From the IMG/VR virus record IMGVR_UViG_3300032069_000147, positions 1-55,388 of that record: a DNA stretch of 55,388 nt, one strand, 5' to 3'. A program made the translations under genes and the position numbers. The notes under the pieces were generated by a model. That model was not told where the DNA came from and did not search any database. It saw nothing but the letters and a program-made list of their open reading frames with translations. This DNA comes from a virus. Its lineage: Duplodnaviria; Caudoviricetes. This document shows, piece after piece, positions 27,692-37,828 of this stretch. Each line of letters opens with the position of its first letter. Positions within the stretch are counted from its first letter, which is position 1.

Positions 27692-28654
27692 TCACGCTAT
27701 CGCGCTCTGCCACAAAAATCCGGCCTGAGCCCGCACGAGTCGCACGTCCCAGAACGACCGGCACTCGATGAACTCGCCCTCGCGGATCTCCCAGCGATAG
27801 CGGTACACCGCCGGGCCGCCGCCTGGAACCGTGTCCGAGAACCAGTAAGAGTAACCCAGAGCGGGCGTGCGGACTGCCGGGGTGTCCGGCACGAAGGCCA
27901 GCAGAGCGACCTTTGACCAGACGAAGTCGAGCGGGGAGGTGGCCGCGTTCACGCTGCCGAACGCCCCCGAGGCGGAGTTCGCCGAGGCGTCGTACAGAGC
28001 ATTCAGTATCACGACCTCGCCCACGTCGAATAGTCCGGCGAGGATGTCCGGGGTGATGACGCCGCGCTGCGTGTACTTGATGCGGTCGAGGATTTTCGGA
28101 TGGCTCTTGAGCGTGATGAAGGTATTGTAGCCAAGACCAAGCTTGCTGGCCTCGCGCGTCGCGCCCTTCAAGATCGTCGGCTTCTGGGCCTCGATGGCCG
28201 CTATGGGGTCCGAGTTCACGTAATCGGACCACTGGTTGGGCCCCGCCAGCGTCGCGCCTGACACCCCGCCAGTGATCAAGTTGAACGCGGCGAATTCCAG
28301 GTCGAGCCAGATGATCTCAGTCACCTCGTTCGTGGTCGTGACGTCAACCTCGAAGCCCGGCAGGTTCGACGCCTTGCGCTCCGTATCCGACACCAGCTTC
28401 TTGATGTAGTGCGGCGCGCACAGGTAGGCGTCCAGGATAATGTTCGAGCGAATCATCTCGCGCGCCTCGCCGCCAGGGAAGTACGCCGTGTTGTAGCGGT
28501 GAAAGCGCTCGAAGCCCGCCTTCGGGATTCGCCCGCTGATCGTCGGCACGGGCACGCGCGGCAGGAACTTCTGCGCCGCCAGGCCCGGCTGCGTGAATTC
28601 CACGGATACGTTAGAAAGAATCTGATCGGGGTAGATCGAAGGAGTGGCGCCCAC
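27692..28654 (-). CDS. Major capsid protein
   Basis: ILSNVSV...FLPRVPV; QWSDYVNSDPI; LKSHPKILDRIKYT (major capsid E-like pattern). Confidence 0.85.
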   Translation of the reverse strand: MGATPSIYPDQILSNVSVEFTQPGLAAQKFLPRVPVPTISGRIPKAGFERFHRYNTAYFPGGEAREMIRSNIILDAYLCAPHYIKKLVSDTERKASNLPGFEVDVTTTNEVTEIIWLDLEFAAFNLITGGVSGATLAGPNQWSDYVNSDPIAAIEAQKPTILKGATREASKLGLGYNTFITLKSHPKILDRIKYTQRGVITPDILAGLFDVGEVVILNALYDASANSASGAFGSVNAATSPLDFVWSKVALLAFVPDTPAVRTPALGYSYWFSDTVPGGGPAVYRYRWEIREGEFIECRSFWDVRLVRAQAGFLWQSAIA

Positions 28655-28748
28655 AATACACCTCCACTAACTGGATAAGTTCCGTTCCCTGCTCGGGATA
28701 TTGCTTCTTGTCGATCTTCATTTCGTTCTTCACTCACTCAGCCGCCGT

Positions 28749-29267
28749 CTAGTAGTGCGACGGCGCGAAGTCAAGCAGCGCTTCCGTGAAGCCGTTCGCG
28801 ACGCCCGGCGTCTGCGCGACGCCCACGGGATAGATCAGGTCGCCTGGAGCGAGCGGAATCGACGCCGCCAGGTTGGCCAGACTGTCCACTCGTCCGTAGA
28901 TGTCGGCGATAAGCAGCACAACGCCCGCCGGGAACGTTCCCGCCGCAATGCACAAGGCCACGTCGCCCGTCACGGCGCCGAGTATCGGCTTGCCGACGCC
29001 CATGCCCGCGTAGCTCCCGCTCCAGGCTTGGCCGTTCACCGCCGTCGGGTCGTCGCCCGTGGCATAGCCCGCATACACGATGGGCGGCTCGAAGAAGTTC
29101 AGCAGCGTGACGCACTTCACCGGCCCGGTATTTGCCCCCGTCGGCAGCTTCACGTATTGCGCGCTGAACGTCGATGCGTTAGCGGTTCCGAGCACCAGCG
29201 CCGTGTGCGCGACGATGCGTACGCTCGCGTCGCTCAGAAACGGAACACCAGAAGGTGATGTGGCCAT
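28749..29267 (-). CDS. Capsid decoration/cement protein
   Basis: Between protease and capsid genes; G/A/V-rich. Confidence 0.6.
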   Translation of the reverse strand: MATSPSGVPFLSDASVRIVAHTALVLGTANASTFSAQYVKLPTGANTGPVKCVTLLNFFEPPIVYAGYATGDDPTAVNGQAWSGSYAGMGVGKPILGAVTGDVALCIAAGTFPAGVVLLIADIYGRVDSLANLAASIPLAPGDLIYPVGVAQTPGVANGFTEALLDFAPSHY

Positions 29268-29323
29268 TGCTTTTTCTCCTCTTCGTCATTTCGCCGATTT
29301 CACTCTGACGAAACCGGCGGTCG

Positions 29324-31552
29324 TCACTGCACGAACGTCACTGGCCGCTTCGCAACGCCGGCGGCTGCGGCTTTCTGCTCGACGTCGACCCGCTTCGCCA
29401 GTTCTGGCTCCGCCGCGCGCACACTGATCATCGCTTCGCCCAGATTCATCATCTTGCCGTTTTTCCTGCCGTCCTCGACGAGCTTGTGCGCCTTGGATTT
29501 CAGCTCCTCCGTCGCGGTTAGAATCGAGCCGTCCGCTCCGGGAACGACGCCGACCGATTCCAGGTCGATGCGCGGCAACGTCGTCGAGAGCCAAGCCGCG
29601 AACTCCTGCGGCCGCTCCAGAGCTTCGCGCAGATAGAACGCGGCCTCGCGCGGTAGAATCTTGCCTTCCCTGATTCCGCCCTCGATGCGGCGGCGCGCCT
29701 GCGTAATGCGCATGTAGTCGGCCATCGCCAGCTTGTTCTGCCCGGCGAGTTCCGTCATGCGCGCCTCGAACGCATCGGCGCCGAGGAGCGTGCCCTTCTC
29801 CCTGCTCACGCTCTCCTTGAGCAACATCGCGTTCGTTGCGGCGATTCGCGACGCGTCGCCCGCCTTGCGCCCCGCGTCGATATATCGCCGCACGTCAACC
29901 AGCTTCACGCCCCGCGCGCCGAGCTTAGCCGAGAGTTTCGCTGGCAGTTCATCATCATCATCCGGCTCCGCATCGCCATCATCCGACTCCGCATCGCCGT
30001 CTGCAGCTTTCGGCAGGGGGAATTTCCCCGCCATCTCGCCGAGCTTCTTGGCGAACACTCCGTCGCCAGCATCGCCCTCGGCCTCCAGCCGCCGCATCAC
30101 CTCGGCCAGCACATCGTCGGCATCGAGCCGCTTGAGCGCGTCAGCGTCCAGGCCGGCGTCTTCCAGCGCATCCAGCACAGCGTCCGCCTCCAGCTCGCCC
30201 AGCGCCTCGCCGTCCTCGCCATGGACGCGGAACTTCTTCAGCGCCTCGCCATCCTCGCCCTCCATCCGCCGGAGTTCGAGTTTCTTCATCACGTCTGCGG
30301 CGTCGCCGCCGGCTTTGACTATTTTGGTCTTCGGCATGTCTTCCTCCAAGTCAATGAGCGAATCGCGGCTTTCGGTGAGCCGCAGCGATACCAATGCCCC
30401 CGCCGGCTGCGGGGGAAATCCCAGGCTTGTGTTGTAGTCGGTGTCGGACACTTCGATTTCCGGCAGCTCCTTGAGGAATGGGCGGTTCGTCAGCGCGCCA
30501 GCCTTCAACCGTGTGCCGCGCTTGTCACCAGTTTCGTCCGTACTATCCCACTCGAGCTCAGGCGAGAAATGCGTGTACTCCTTCGCCTTGACGAAGGCCA
30601 GCGCGCGCGGCGTCGGCTCCCAGAAGGCCCACAGCGCCTGGCGGCCGTCCTTGAACGGCTTGATCTCGGCCCCTTCCGCCAGAATCTTCCCGCTCTTGAT
30701 GTCGTTCCCAGGCGGCGCATCTTCCTTCGCCGACCAGTGGCCGTAATCCGTCGGGACTTGGCCGTCCTTTTTCAGATTTTCCAACGTCTGCGCCAAGTCG
30801 GCCGCGCTAATCGTAAATTCATGGCCGTCCTTCGAGAACGTCTTCCCGGTCGGCGTGGTGTAGGCGACCATGATCTTGATCTTGCCGTCTCGGACTTCGG
30901 AGAATTCTAGCGGCTCCCGCATGTACTTTTTCTCGAACCCGCTCGTGTCGATCTTGTACCGCTTGGCCTTCCGCAAAATCTTGCGCTTCACCGCCTCCTT
31001 CACGCCCGACGGCAGATCGGCCTGGTTGTAGCGCGCCAGAGCATTTCGGGTGCGGGCCTCCGTGTCTATGGGCAGCTTCCATTCGCTCGGCCCGCTGCCC
31101 GGCGGCGCGTAGGCGAAATCCGAGCGGTGCACGCGCTTTCCGCCGACCGTGGCGTAGTTCTTGTCGTCGCTAGCCTCGATCAGATCTTCGTCATAGCCCT
31201 CGTCCGCCAGCCGCGCAACGAGCGTGTCCAGCGTGGCTGTGTCGTCCAGCTCCATCGACTCGTCGGCGTCGAATCGCTGGTCCTCGCGGCCCTTGATCGT
31301 GATCGTGCGGAAGCTGTTCTTTTGGAATTCGCCGGGCTCGGACTGACGCGCGCGGTAGCTGTCCCCCGTGGCGTCAAGCGCTGAAGCCTTCTTGTGCTTC
31401 TTCAGCCAAGCCTTGACTTCCTCGGGAGTCCATGCAGATTTGGGGGAAAACACGAAGCTCTGAACTTCGGTGGCGTCTCGATTTGGCCGCTTCCCGATGA
31501 CAGCGGAAATCTTCTTCTGCCCGTCCGCAGCTTCAAGTACGTTCGTCGCCAT
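29324..31552 (-). CDS. Multi-domain Mu-like prohead protease/scaffold
   Basis: PTDYGH...WTP-like WEPTPRA...KEYTHFSPE...AGALTNRPFL; acidic C-terminal scaffold; extra N-terminal domains. Confidence 0.85.
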   Translation of the reverse strand: MATNVLEAADGQKKISAVIGKRPNRDATEVQSFVFSPKSAWTPEEVKAWLKKHKKASALDATGDSYRARQSEPGEFQKNSFRTITIKGREDQRFDADESMELDDTATLDTLVARLADEGYDEDLIEASDDKNYATVGGKRVHRSDFAYAPPGSGPSEWKLPIDTEARTRNALARYNQADLPSGVKEAVKRKILRKAKRYKIDTSGFEKKYMREPLEFSEVRDGKIKIMVAYTTPTGKTFSKDGHEFTISAADLAQTLENLKKDGQVPTDYGHWSAKEDAPPGNDIKSGKILAEGAEIKPFKDGRQALWAFWEPTPRALAFVKAKEYTHFSPELEWDSTDETGDKRGTRLKAGALTNRPFLKELPEIEVSDTDYNTSLGFPPQPAGALVSLRLTESRDSLIDLEEDMPKTKIVKAGGDAADVMKKLELRRMEGEDGEALKKFRVHGEDGEALGELEADAVLDALEDAGLDADALKRLDADDVLAEVMRRLEAEGDAGDGVFAKKLGEMAGKFPLPKAADGDAESDDGDAEPDDDDELPAKLSAKLGARGVKLVDVRRYIDAGRKAGDASRIAATNAMLLKESVSREKGTLLGADAFEARMTELAGQNKLAMADYMRITQARRRIEGGIREGKILPREAAFYLREALERPQEFAAWLSTTLPRIDLESVGVVPGADGSILTATEELKSKAHKLVEDGRKNGKMMNLGEAMISVRAAEPELAKRVDVEQKAAAAGVAKRPVTFVQ

Positions 31553-31600
31553 GCTAACTGCAAGGATTATTCAATCTCGTGGTGGATGTCAAAAACTAAA

Positions 31601-31807
31601 TCACCTAATTTCGGATGAATAGAGAGAGCCAGAGTGGCGGTCGAGCTTGGCGAGGCGTTGCCAGTTGGAAGGAACGTCCGAGTCGACGACTTCTTTCGTC
31701 ACAAACTGCCCGCACTTCGGGCATTCGCGCAGACGCGCTTGCATCGTGCGGTCGTTGCGCGAATCAAGAACGCGCGCCTTGCGAAGATGGCAGTACGGGC
31801 AAAGCAT
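31601..31807 (-). CDS. NrdR-type Zn-ribbon protein, possible late regulator
   Basis: MLCPYC....VLDSR......RLRECPKCG.FVTKE. Confidence 0.7.
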   Translation of the reverse strand: MLCPYCHLRKARVLDSRNDRTMQARLRECPKCGQFVTKEVVDSDVPSNWQRLAKLDRHSGSLYSSEIR

Positions 31808-31812
31808 TTTAT

Positions 31813-32130
31813 TTAGGTGATCCCCTGAATCTGCGCCACGGTCAGCGCCGGACTCGCATCCGCCGCCGACTTGCGCACCCGAAGCCAGCGAAAGGGGGTC
31901 GTGATCGACACGTATCCGTCCGCCGAGATGTCCGCGCCGACCTTCAACGTCCCGTCACCGGCTGCTGGCGCGACCGCCGCAGGTTGCGCATAGGCGTTTG
32001 AGACGTAAATCTGCGCCCTGTCGGCCGTCGCAAAACCAAAGAGTGCGATGGTGTAGGGCGGAAGCAGACCGTCCACCTGAATCCACGTCCCCTCGCTCAC
32101 CGCGCTGCTCGACAGAATCTGTTGGTTCAT
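31813..32130 (-). CDS. Putative virion protein
   Basis: GGAGG RBS; PFRWLRVRK motif. Confidence 0.6.
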   Translation of the reverse strand: MNQQILSSSAVSEGTWIQVDGLLPPYTIALFGFATADRAQIYVSNAYAQPAAVAPAAGDGTLKVGADISADGYVSITTPFRWLRVRKSAADASPALTVAQIQGIT

Positions 32131-32355
32131 CCTGCACCTCCGCTATTTGCCGGGAAAATACTTCAAGCGATCAACGATGTTTCGATGATTACGCAGCATC
32201 CAAAAAGGCTTGCGCCAGAAGAGAGGACCCCAATCCCTTGTAAACTTTTTCACGGCGACGCGCTTCCCTTCATTCATGCTTCACCCCACTCATACTTGCC
32301 CTCGTCAGGGAACTTGATCCCCATCTGGGCTAGCAGTTCTGAGTCCGAAACGCTT

Positions 32356-34905
32356 CTATTTCTCCCATGCGAAAGTCCCCTCGTCCTGAAAAGACTCCAC
32401 GAGCTCGCCTCTGCACATCTGCCCCCCTTCGCAGTCTTTTCCCGGCCACCAGTCGATCTCGTCCGGGCTGTAGTAGGCGTCGCCATGGCCTTCGAGGCAC
32501 GGGTCGCAGGTGTGCTTGTCTTCAAATTCGTGTCGATACCACATGCGGATCTCCGGCGCGAGCGTCGCGTAGGCGTCGAAGCGACCCGCCTGAATGGCGT
32601 TCCGCGAGGCGCGCAGCGCCGCGTTGTCCAAAGCGCCATCCGAGGCTCCGGCGACGTTCTCCACGACGAAGTCGGCGAGCGGCTCTCCCGCGAGTCCGCG
32701 CTCCAGGCCCGTCACGGTGAAGCTGTTGGCTAGGCCGATCATCCATCCCTGAGCCTGAGCCACGGCGATGCGCGCAATCTCTTCGGGCGTACGAGTCGCG
32801 AGTTTCGCCGCTTCCTTCGTGTTTTCTTGCAGCTTTATGCCGCGAAGATTCAGCACTTCCGCGTTCCGCCGCCGGCCCGTGGCGCGCCAGCGCTCGCTGA
32901 AGACCCGATCTCGACCATAGTCGGCGTTCCGTTTGAGCAGCGCCGCGATCTTCCCGGCGGCCTCCCTGTCGTGTTCCAGCGCCAGGCCGTGCCGACGGTC
33001 GGAGCGGTCTATCTGCAGAAGCATCCGGCGCAGCTCGTCAAGCCACGCGGATTTCCTCGACCGTAGAGTCTCGGCCACGCGCCGCGCCGCGCTCTCGGCC
33101 TTCTTGGACTGCGCGCGGCGATTGATCTTGTTCTTGCCCGTGCGGGAATAAGGCGGGAACTTCGCCGGTTCCTCGAGGCGCATCGTCAGTCCCGGCTCTT
33201 GCTTCGGTACTCCCACGTTCTCCTGCTTTGGCATCTCTCCGCCGGCAGGCTCATCCGGTATCGTATCTCCCGCAGGCTTTTCCTCCTCTCGCACCGTCTG
33301 CGCGATGGCGCGGAAGCGCGGACGCGCCTTCTCCTTCGCCGGCAGCCCGGCCAACTCAAGCAGCTTGTTCTCCAGCGCGTCGCTGGGCTGGATGGCGTCC
33401 GTGTTGTCCTGCATCAGGTAGCGCAGCGACTCGAAGAGCTTGATGGGATTCAGCACGGCGATCTTCGCGGGCTTAAGTTGCGGATACGGCATGCGGTCGA
33501 TCCGCAGCGCGTGCGGCAGATCGTAGTTGTAGTCAACCAGACGACGCACGACAGAGAGGTTTATCTCCTCGGCAATCATCTCGGCTATAGAGTTCTCCGC
33601 CAAATTGAAGAAGTCGGAAAGGGTCTCGCCCGTCGCGTAACTGCCCGTGGCTTTCTCGGCCAAATGGAGGAAGCCAGCCAGAACGTTCATGTAGATTTGC
33701 GCCGCGTGATAGCGCATCGAGTCAACAACGTTGTGCGTCTGGCCGGTCACGCCTTTCATTTCGAATTTGAATCCCGGCGGGGAGGCCACGCCCATAGCCT
33801 CGTGCGCTGCTAGTTCCGTGACGTACTTCCGCGCCGTCTCGACATCCGAGGGACTCGCCCCTTCCGGGATCTCGAAGTTCGGCACGCCGACGGCGTTGTG
33901 CTCCGCCGCGATGCCGTTGATGCGCGTCAGGTTGTCGAGGAAATACCAGTCGATGTAGGCCGAGCGAAGCGCGGAAATGCCATAAAATCCCGCGCCCAGT
34001 TTGCCGAACGAAAAGACCGTAAGCTTCTGCGCCGGGACGATGACGTTGACGTACTCGTTTCGGCGGTAGCCGAGCTGCTCCAGGGCGAGCAGAGTCATGC
34101 CGTCATAGTCCACCCACCAGCGGTAGAAGGTTATCGGCAGCCGAGGAGCCAGCGCGCGAATCCTCACGCGGCCGCCGTCCACTGCCCAGAGGATCTCGTG
34201 CGCCGCGCAGCCGTAGAGCACGCAGAGCAGCGCGTTCGAGATCACCGACTTGAACGTCTGCGAGGCGTAGCCCCCGGTGCGCATCGGCGTCTCCAGGCCT
34301 CCGAAGAGATTCTCTCGCGCCATGTCGGCGAGCTCGACGGCGAATTCGTAGCCCGGCTCGTTCGGATTCAGCGCCGGCCTCACCTCCCACTCCGCCGTCT
34401 CGATGGGCAGCCAGCAAGCGCGCAGCGAAGCGCGCACGGGAACCGAGGTGCGAAACATCTTGTCGTAGTACGGCAGAGCGTTTCGCCCGATGAACTGCGC
34501 GTTGTACTCCTCGAGGTCGGTCAGGAACCCCGCCGTGAAGAGCGTGCCCACCGCGCCCAGCGTCATCGGCGTAGCCGGGCGTTCAGGCCGCTCGCTCGGG
34601 GGAGCCATCGGGCGCGAAGCCGTGGGCGTAAGGACGGGCCGGGCCGCGTCGGGAATGCCCATCTCGCCGCGTGTCGGACCGCCAGGATAAAGCGGGGTCT
34701 CTTGCGTTGGGGGAACCGTGGAGATGGAAGGCAGCGACTGATCGGGGGTCAGCCGCGCATAGACGCCATCGGCAAGAACCGCATAGCGGCTGGCTTTACC
34801 TGTCAATTTCCCTTGATCATTTCGTAGAGGGATGTCGATGAATCTGGCAGGCTGGCGCGGCATGGCTCCAGCAGCACGACGCGGGACGGATGAGCGCTTC
34901 GCCAT
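32356..34905 (-). CDS. Portal protein (DUF935/Mu gp29-like) fused to gpF-like head morphogenesis domain
   Basis: LYGCAAHEILW; GISALRSAY; C-terminal HTCDPC...CEGGQMCRG. Confidence 0.8.
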   Translation of the reverse strand: MAKRSSVPRRAAGAMPRQPARFIDIPLRNDQGKLTGKASRYAVLADGVYARLTPDQSLPSISTVPPTQETPLYPGGPTRGEMGIPDAARPVLTPTASRPMAPPSERPERPATPMTLGAVGTLFTAGFLTDLEEYNAQFIGRNALPYYDKMFRTSVPVRASLRACWLPIETAEWEVRPALNPNEPGYEFAVELADMARENLFGGLETPMRTGGYASQTFKSVISNALLCVLYGCAAHEILWAVDGGRVRIRALAPRLPITFYRWWVDYDGMTLLALEQLGYRRNEYVNVIVPAQKLTVFSFGKLGAGFYGISALRSAYIDWYFLDNLTRINGIAAEHNAVGVPNFEIPEGASPSDVETARKYVTELAAHEAMGVASPPGFKFEMKGVTGQTHNVVDSMRYHAAQIYMNVLAGFLHLAEKATGSYATGETLSDFFNLAENSIAEMIAEEINLSVVRRLVDYNYDLPHALRIDRMPYPQLKPAKIAVLNPIKLFESLRYLMQDNTDAIQPSDALENKLLELAGLPAKEKARPRFRAIAQTVREEEKPAGDTIPDEPAGGEMPKQENVGVPKQEPGLTMRLEEPAKFPPYSRTGKNKINRRAQSKKAESAARRVAETLRSRKSAWLDELRRMLLQIDRSDRRHGLALEHDREAAGKIAALLKRNADYGRDRVFSERWRATGRRRNAEVLNLRGIKLQENTKEAAKLATRTPEEIARIAVAQAQGWMIGLANSFTVTGLERGLAGEPLADFVVENVAGASDGALDNAALRASRNAIQAGRFDAYATLAPEIRMWYRHEFEDKHTCDPCLEGHGDAYYSPDEIDWWPGKDCEGGQMCRGELVESFQDEGTFAWEK

Positions 34906-34914
34906 CTTGGCTGA

Positions 34915-34944
34915 ATGGTAGGACCAGGCGATTCGCGCTGTCAA
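34915..34944 (-). promoter_or_regulatory. Putative promoter upstream of portal gene
   Basis: TTGACA-N18-TACCAT; 9 nt before ATG. Confidence 0.5.
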
Positions 34945-35480
34945 GCAATCTTTTTCTTGCGTAGCCGGCGAATCACGCTGCGCACGCACGCCACGGGATG
35001 CGTCAACGCCGCAGCGAACAGCGCGAGGCCCAGGAACACCAAGCACATGAGCTTGCCATACCAGGGCAAATCCGCGAACGATCCGGCGGCTTGCGACTCT
35101 TCTTTTCTCGGTGGAACCGCCTGCCTCTCCGTCCAGAACGGGCAGAGCTGGCAGAACTCGGCGCGCGGCAGCAGCTCTCGCACCTGCTCGCGCACCGCCG
35201 CGCTCTGCTCCGCCTTCACATAATCCAGCAACTCCGGGCAGCGGCAGACGAGCACCATCATGGGCGGGCCTTGGAGAAGCTCCACCTGCGCCATCAACTG
35301 CTTCTTCGGCGCACCGACAGGCAGCGGGTCCTGAGGAACCTCAAATGATTGCAGGCCCAGCGTCACGTTAACCAGCGCCCTCGGAAAGAGCCATTCGCAG
35401 CGCGTCGCTTCCTGAGCGTCTCGCGGCCTGCCCCAGAGCCGGAACAGATTTGTAAAGCCGATCTTCTCTTCCGCCATCAT
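34941..35480 (-). CDS. Hypothetical protein with C-terminal TM segment
   Basis: GAGGAGG RBS; hydrophobic C-terminus. Confidence 0.55.
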   Translation of the reverse strand: MMAEEKIGFTNLFRLWGRPRDAQEATRCEWLFPRALVNVTLGLQSFEVPQDPLPVGAPKKQLMAQVELLQGPPMMVLVCRCPELLDYVKAEQSAAVREQVRELLPRAEFCQLCPFWTERQAVPPRKEESQAAGSFADLPWYGKLMCLVFLGLALFAAALTHPVACVRSVIRRLRKKKIA

Positions 35481-35486
35481 GCCTCC

Positions 35487-37106
35487 TCAGAAATTCATCT
35501 TGCGGAAACTCCCGTGCTCGATCCTGCGCTCCTCCGGTCTCGCCTGGCCGACGACCACCTCGGACGCCGGCATGGTTGCGGTCATCCGCCCGAGTTTGTT
35601 CAGCGCCTGGCTCATGGCGTCGGCGCGGTCCCAGAGCCCCGACTTCTCGCTGTAGCACTTCGAGACCTCATCGACGAAGTCATTGACCCAGCCATAGCCC
35701 GGCATCTCCGGATCGGGCAGATAGACGTTTCCCGCCTCGATGTCCCGGCTCGCCGCGCTCAGTCGGGCGGGCTTGCTGCCCTCAGCACGCACGGCGATCA
35801 GTCGCGGAACGACGTCGTGAAGCTGCGCGATCACAGCCGGCCCGTTCGCGGCATCCTCCACCCAGCGCGCCCCGTCCCGCGGGTACTGTTTATCCCACTG
35901 CTGGAGCTTGCGGCACGTACTCGGGAAATCAAGATGCTCGTGAATCTCTTCGAGCAGATACTTGTTGGCTCCCTTCTTGCGCCAGCGCTGCCCGGCCACG
36001 TAGCTGCTGTCCGTGTGAGCCTTGAATGCCATGTCGAAGGACTGCACATCCTCATCCGCTTCCCATTCCTTCGGCAACGTCGGCATGATGCCTTTCGGGT
36101 CCGGGCACCAGTCGAGCCGGTAGAATCGGAACCAGGCGCGCTTGACGATGCCGCCGCCAACGGGCGACGGCGACTGCTGCACCTGCGCATCGTAGCCGCG
36201 CCGACCGAGGGACGGAATCATGCCGTGGAGCTTCTCCAAGGACCAGTATGCGGCGTGCAAAGGTTCACCCATTTCCCGCGTCACGGTCCGCTTCGAGCGC
36301 GGGAAAATATAAGTGCGGCGGGCGGTAGCCTCGCCTTCCAACAGCACGTGCGTCCAGCGGCCCGGCTCGGTCTTCAGCAGCCAGTTGCTCAGATCCTTCT
36401 CGTTCAATTGCTGGCAGATTACCACGATGCTCGCCGTCTCGGGGTCGTTCACACACTGCGGCACGTTCGTCCGATAGGCCCGGACTCCGCTCTCTATGGC
36501 CGCGTCGTTGTCCATATCGTCTCGGGAATGCGGGTCATCGACCACTAGAAATTGAGCGCCATGTCCGGTGATGGAACCGGTCAGCGACGCCGAGTACATC
36601 ACGCCGGTGCGGTCGTTCTCAAACTGCGTCTTCAGGTTTGCGTCTGCGCGCAGCCGAAACTTGAGCCCCCAGCGCTCTTGAAACCATCGACTCTGAATCA
36701 GGTCGCGCCGCTTGAGCGAGTGCTCCGTGGCGAGCATGGCGTCGTAGCTCAGATACATGTAGCGCAGCGCCGGCTGCCGTATCCAGCTCCAGACAGGCCA
36801 GTGGATCGCCGCGCAATGGCTCTTGCTATGTCGCGGCGGCTCGTTGATCAGCAGGCGCTTGATTTCGCCCGCCGTCACCGCCTCCAAATACTCGCAGATG
36901 TAGCCGATGTGCCAATTGTCCTTGAACGGCGTCTCGGGCTCCAGGACCGGCCAGGCGTGAATTAGGAATTGATGCAGACTTTTCTCGCACGCCTCGGCGT
37001 CTTCCAGTCTACGCTGCTCTTCCTCGTCCGGGCTGAGCACGCTGACAACGTTTCGCCCTATCTCGGCGACGGCCCCGCCTGGCGTGTGATGGTTGGGTCG
37101 CTTCAT
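35487..37106 (-). CDS. terL: Terminase large subunit
   Basis: Walker A PPRHSKS, Walker B LVVDDPH, nuclease SFDMAFK...DAMSQA. Confidence 0.93.
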   Translation of the reverse strand: MKRPNHHTPGGAVAEIGRNVVSVLSPDEEEQRRLEDAEACEKSLHQFLIHAWPVLEPETPFKDNWHIGYICEYLEAVTAGEIKRLLINEPPRHSKSHCAAIHWPVWSWIRQPALRYMYLSYDAMLATEHSLKRRDLIQSRWFQERWGLKFRLRADANLKTQFENDRTGVMYSASLTGSITGHGAQFLVVDDPHSRDDMDNDAAIESGVRAYRTNVPQCVNDPETASIVVICQQLNEKDLSNWLLKTEPGRWTHVLLEGEATARRTYIFPRSKRTVTREMGEPLHAAYWSLEKLHGMIPSLGRRGYDAQVQQSPSPVGGGIVKRAWFRFYRLDWCPDPKGIMPTLPKEWEADEDVQSFDMAFKAHTDSSYVAGQRWRKKGANKYLLEEIHEHLDFPSTCRKLQQWDKQYPRDGARWVEDAANGPAVIAQLHDVVPRLIAVRAEGSKPARLSAASRDIEAGNVYLPDPEMPGYGWVNDFVDEVSKCYSEKSGLWDRADAMSQALNKLGRMTATMPASEVVVGQARPEERRIEHGSFRKMNF

Positions 37107-37828
37107 TTCAAATCCAACTGCTCAACCGTCGGTTCAAACAAAGATGGTTGCGCTTCAACGCGGGCCAACCTCTCTCTAGCAATTTGGCAATAAGCTTCAG
37201 AAATTTCCAGCCCTAGAAAATGCCGCCCTAGCTTCTTCGCGGCCACCGCCATTGTGCCAGAGCCGAGGAATGGATCGAGAATGGTTTCGGCGACGAGCTT
37301 TCCAATCAAATATTGAATCAGAGAAACGGGCTTCTGGTGGGGATGAAAACGCCTCTCATTGCCACAAATGCCAGGGGTCTCCCATGTCGGTATCGTGTGG
37401 CCTCTAATGATGCCGTTATCTCTCGGCCCTATGAATTGGCCGTCCCCAACGATAAAGATCATTTCCCATGACGGCTTCCATGGGAATCTCAAATCCCCTG
37501 AGCCCACTGTCCCCTTATCCCAAATCACGCAGTGTCTGGAGCCTTGCGGCATGGGTTTCTGCCAGAGGCCGAACATGAGGATAGGACCGGAACAAACTCT
37601 CACGCATTCCGCAAGAGCAAGATCGCGCGCGGTAGTATCCGAATCCCCAGCAATTTCCTGTCCCTCCCATGAAGCGCCATGGCTCGAAGTGTGATGTATT
37701 CCGTACGGCGCGTCGGTAATCACGGCATCCACGCAGCCGTCGGGCAACGCCTTCATCGCCTCCAAACAATCCGTACAGAGGACGGTACAGCAATCATACG
37801 GCCCGATCTTTCGCCCGCATCCGGTCAT
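37103..37828 (-). CDS. DNA N4/N6 methyltransferase (beta class)
   Basis: ITDAPY, HPHQKP, ILDPFLGSG. Confidence 0.9.
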   Translation of the reverse strand: MTGCGRKIGPYDCCTVLCTDCLEAMKALPDGCVDAVITDAPYGIHHTSSHGASWEGQEIAGDSDTTARDLALAECVRVCSGPILMFGLWQKPMPQGSRHCVIWDKGTVGSGDLRFPWKPSWEMIFIVGDGQFIGPRDNGIIRGHTIPTWETPGICGNERRFHPHQKPVSLIQYLIGKLVAETILDPFLGSGTMAVAAKKLGRHFLGLEISEAYCQIARERLARVEAQPSLFEPTVEQLDLK

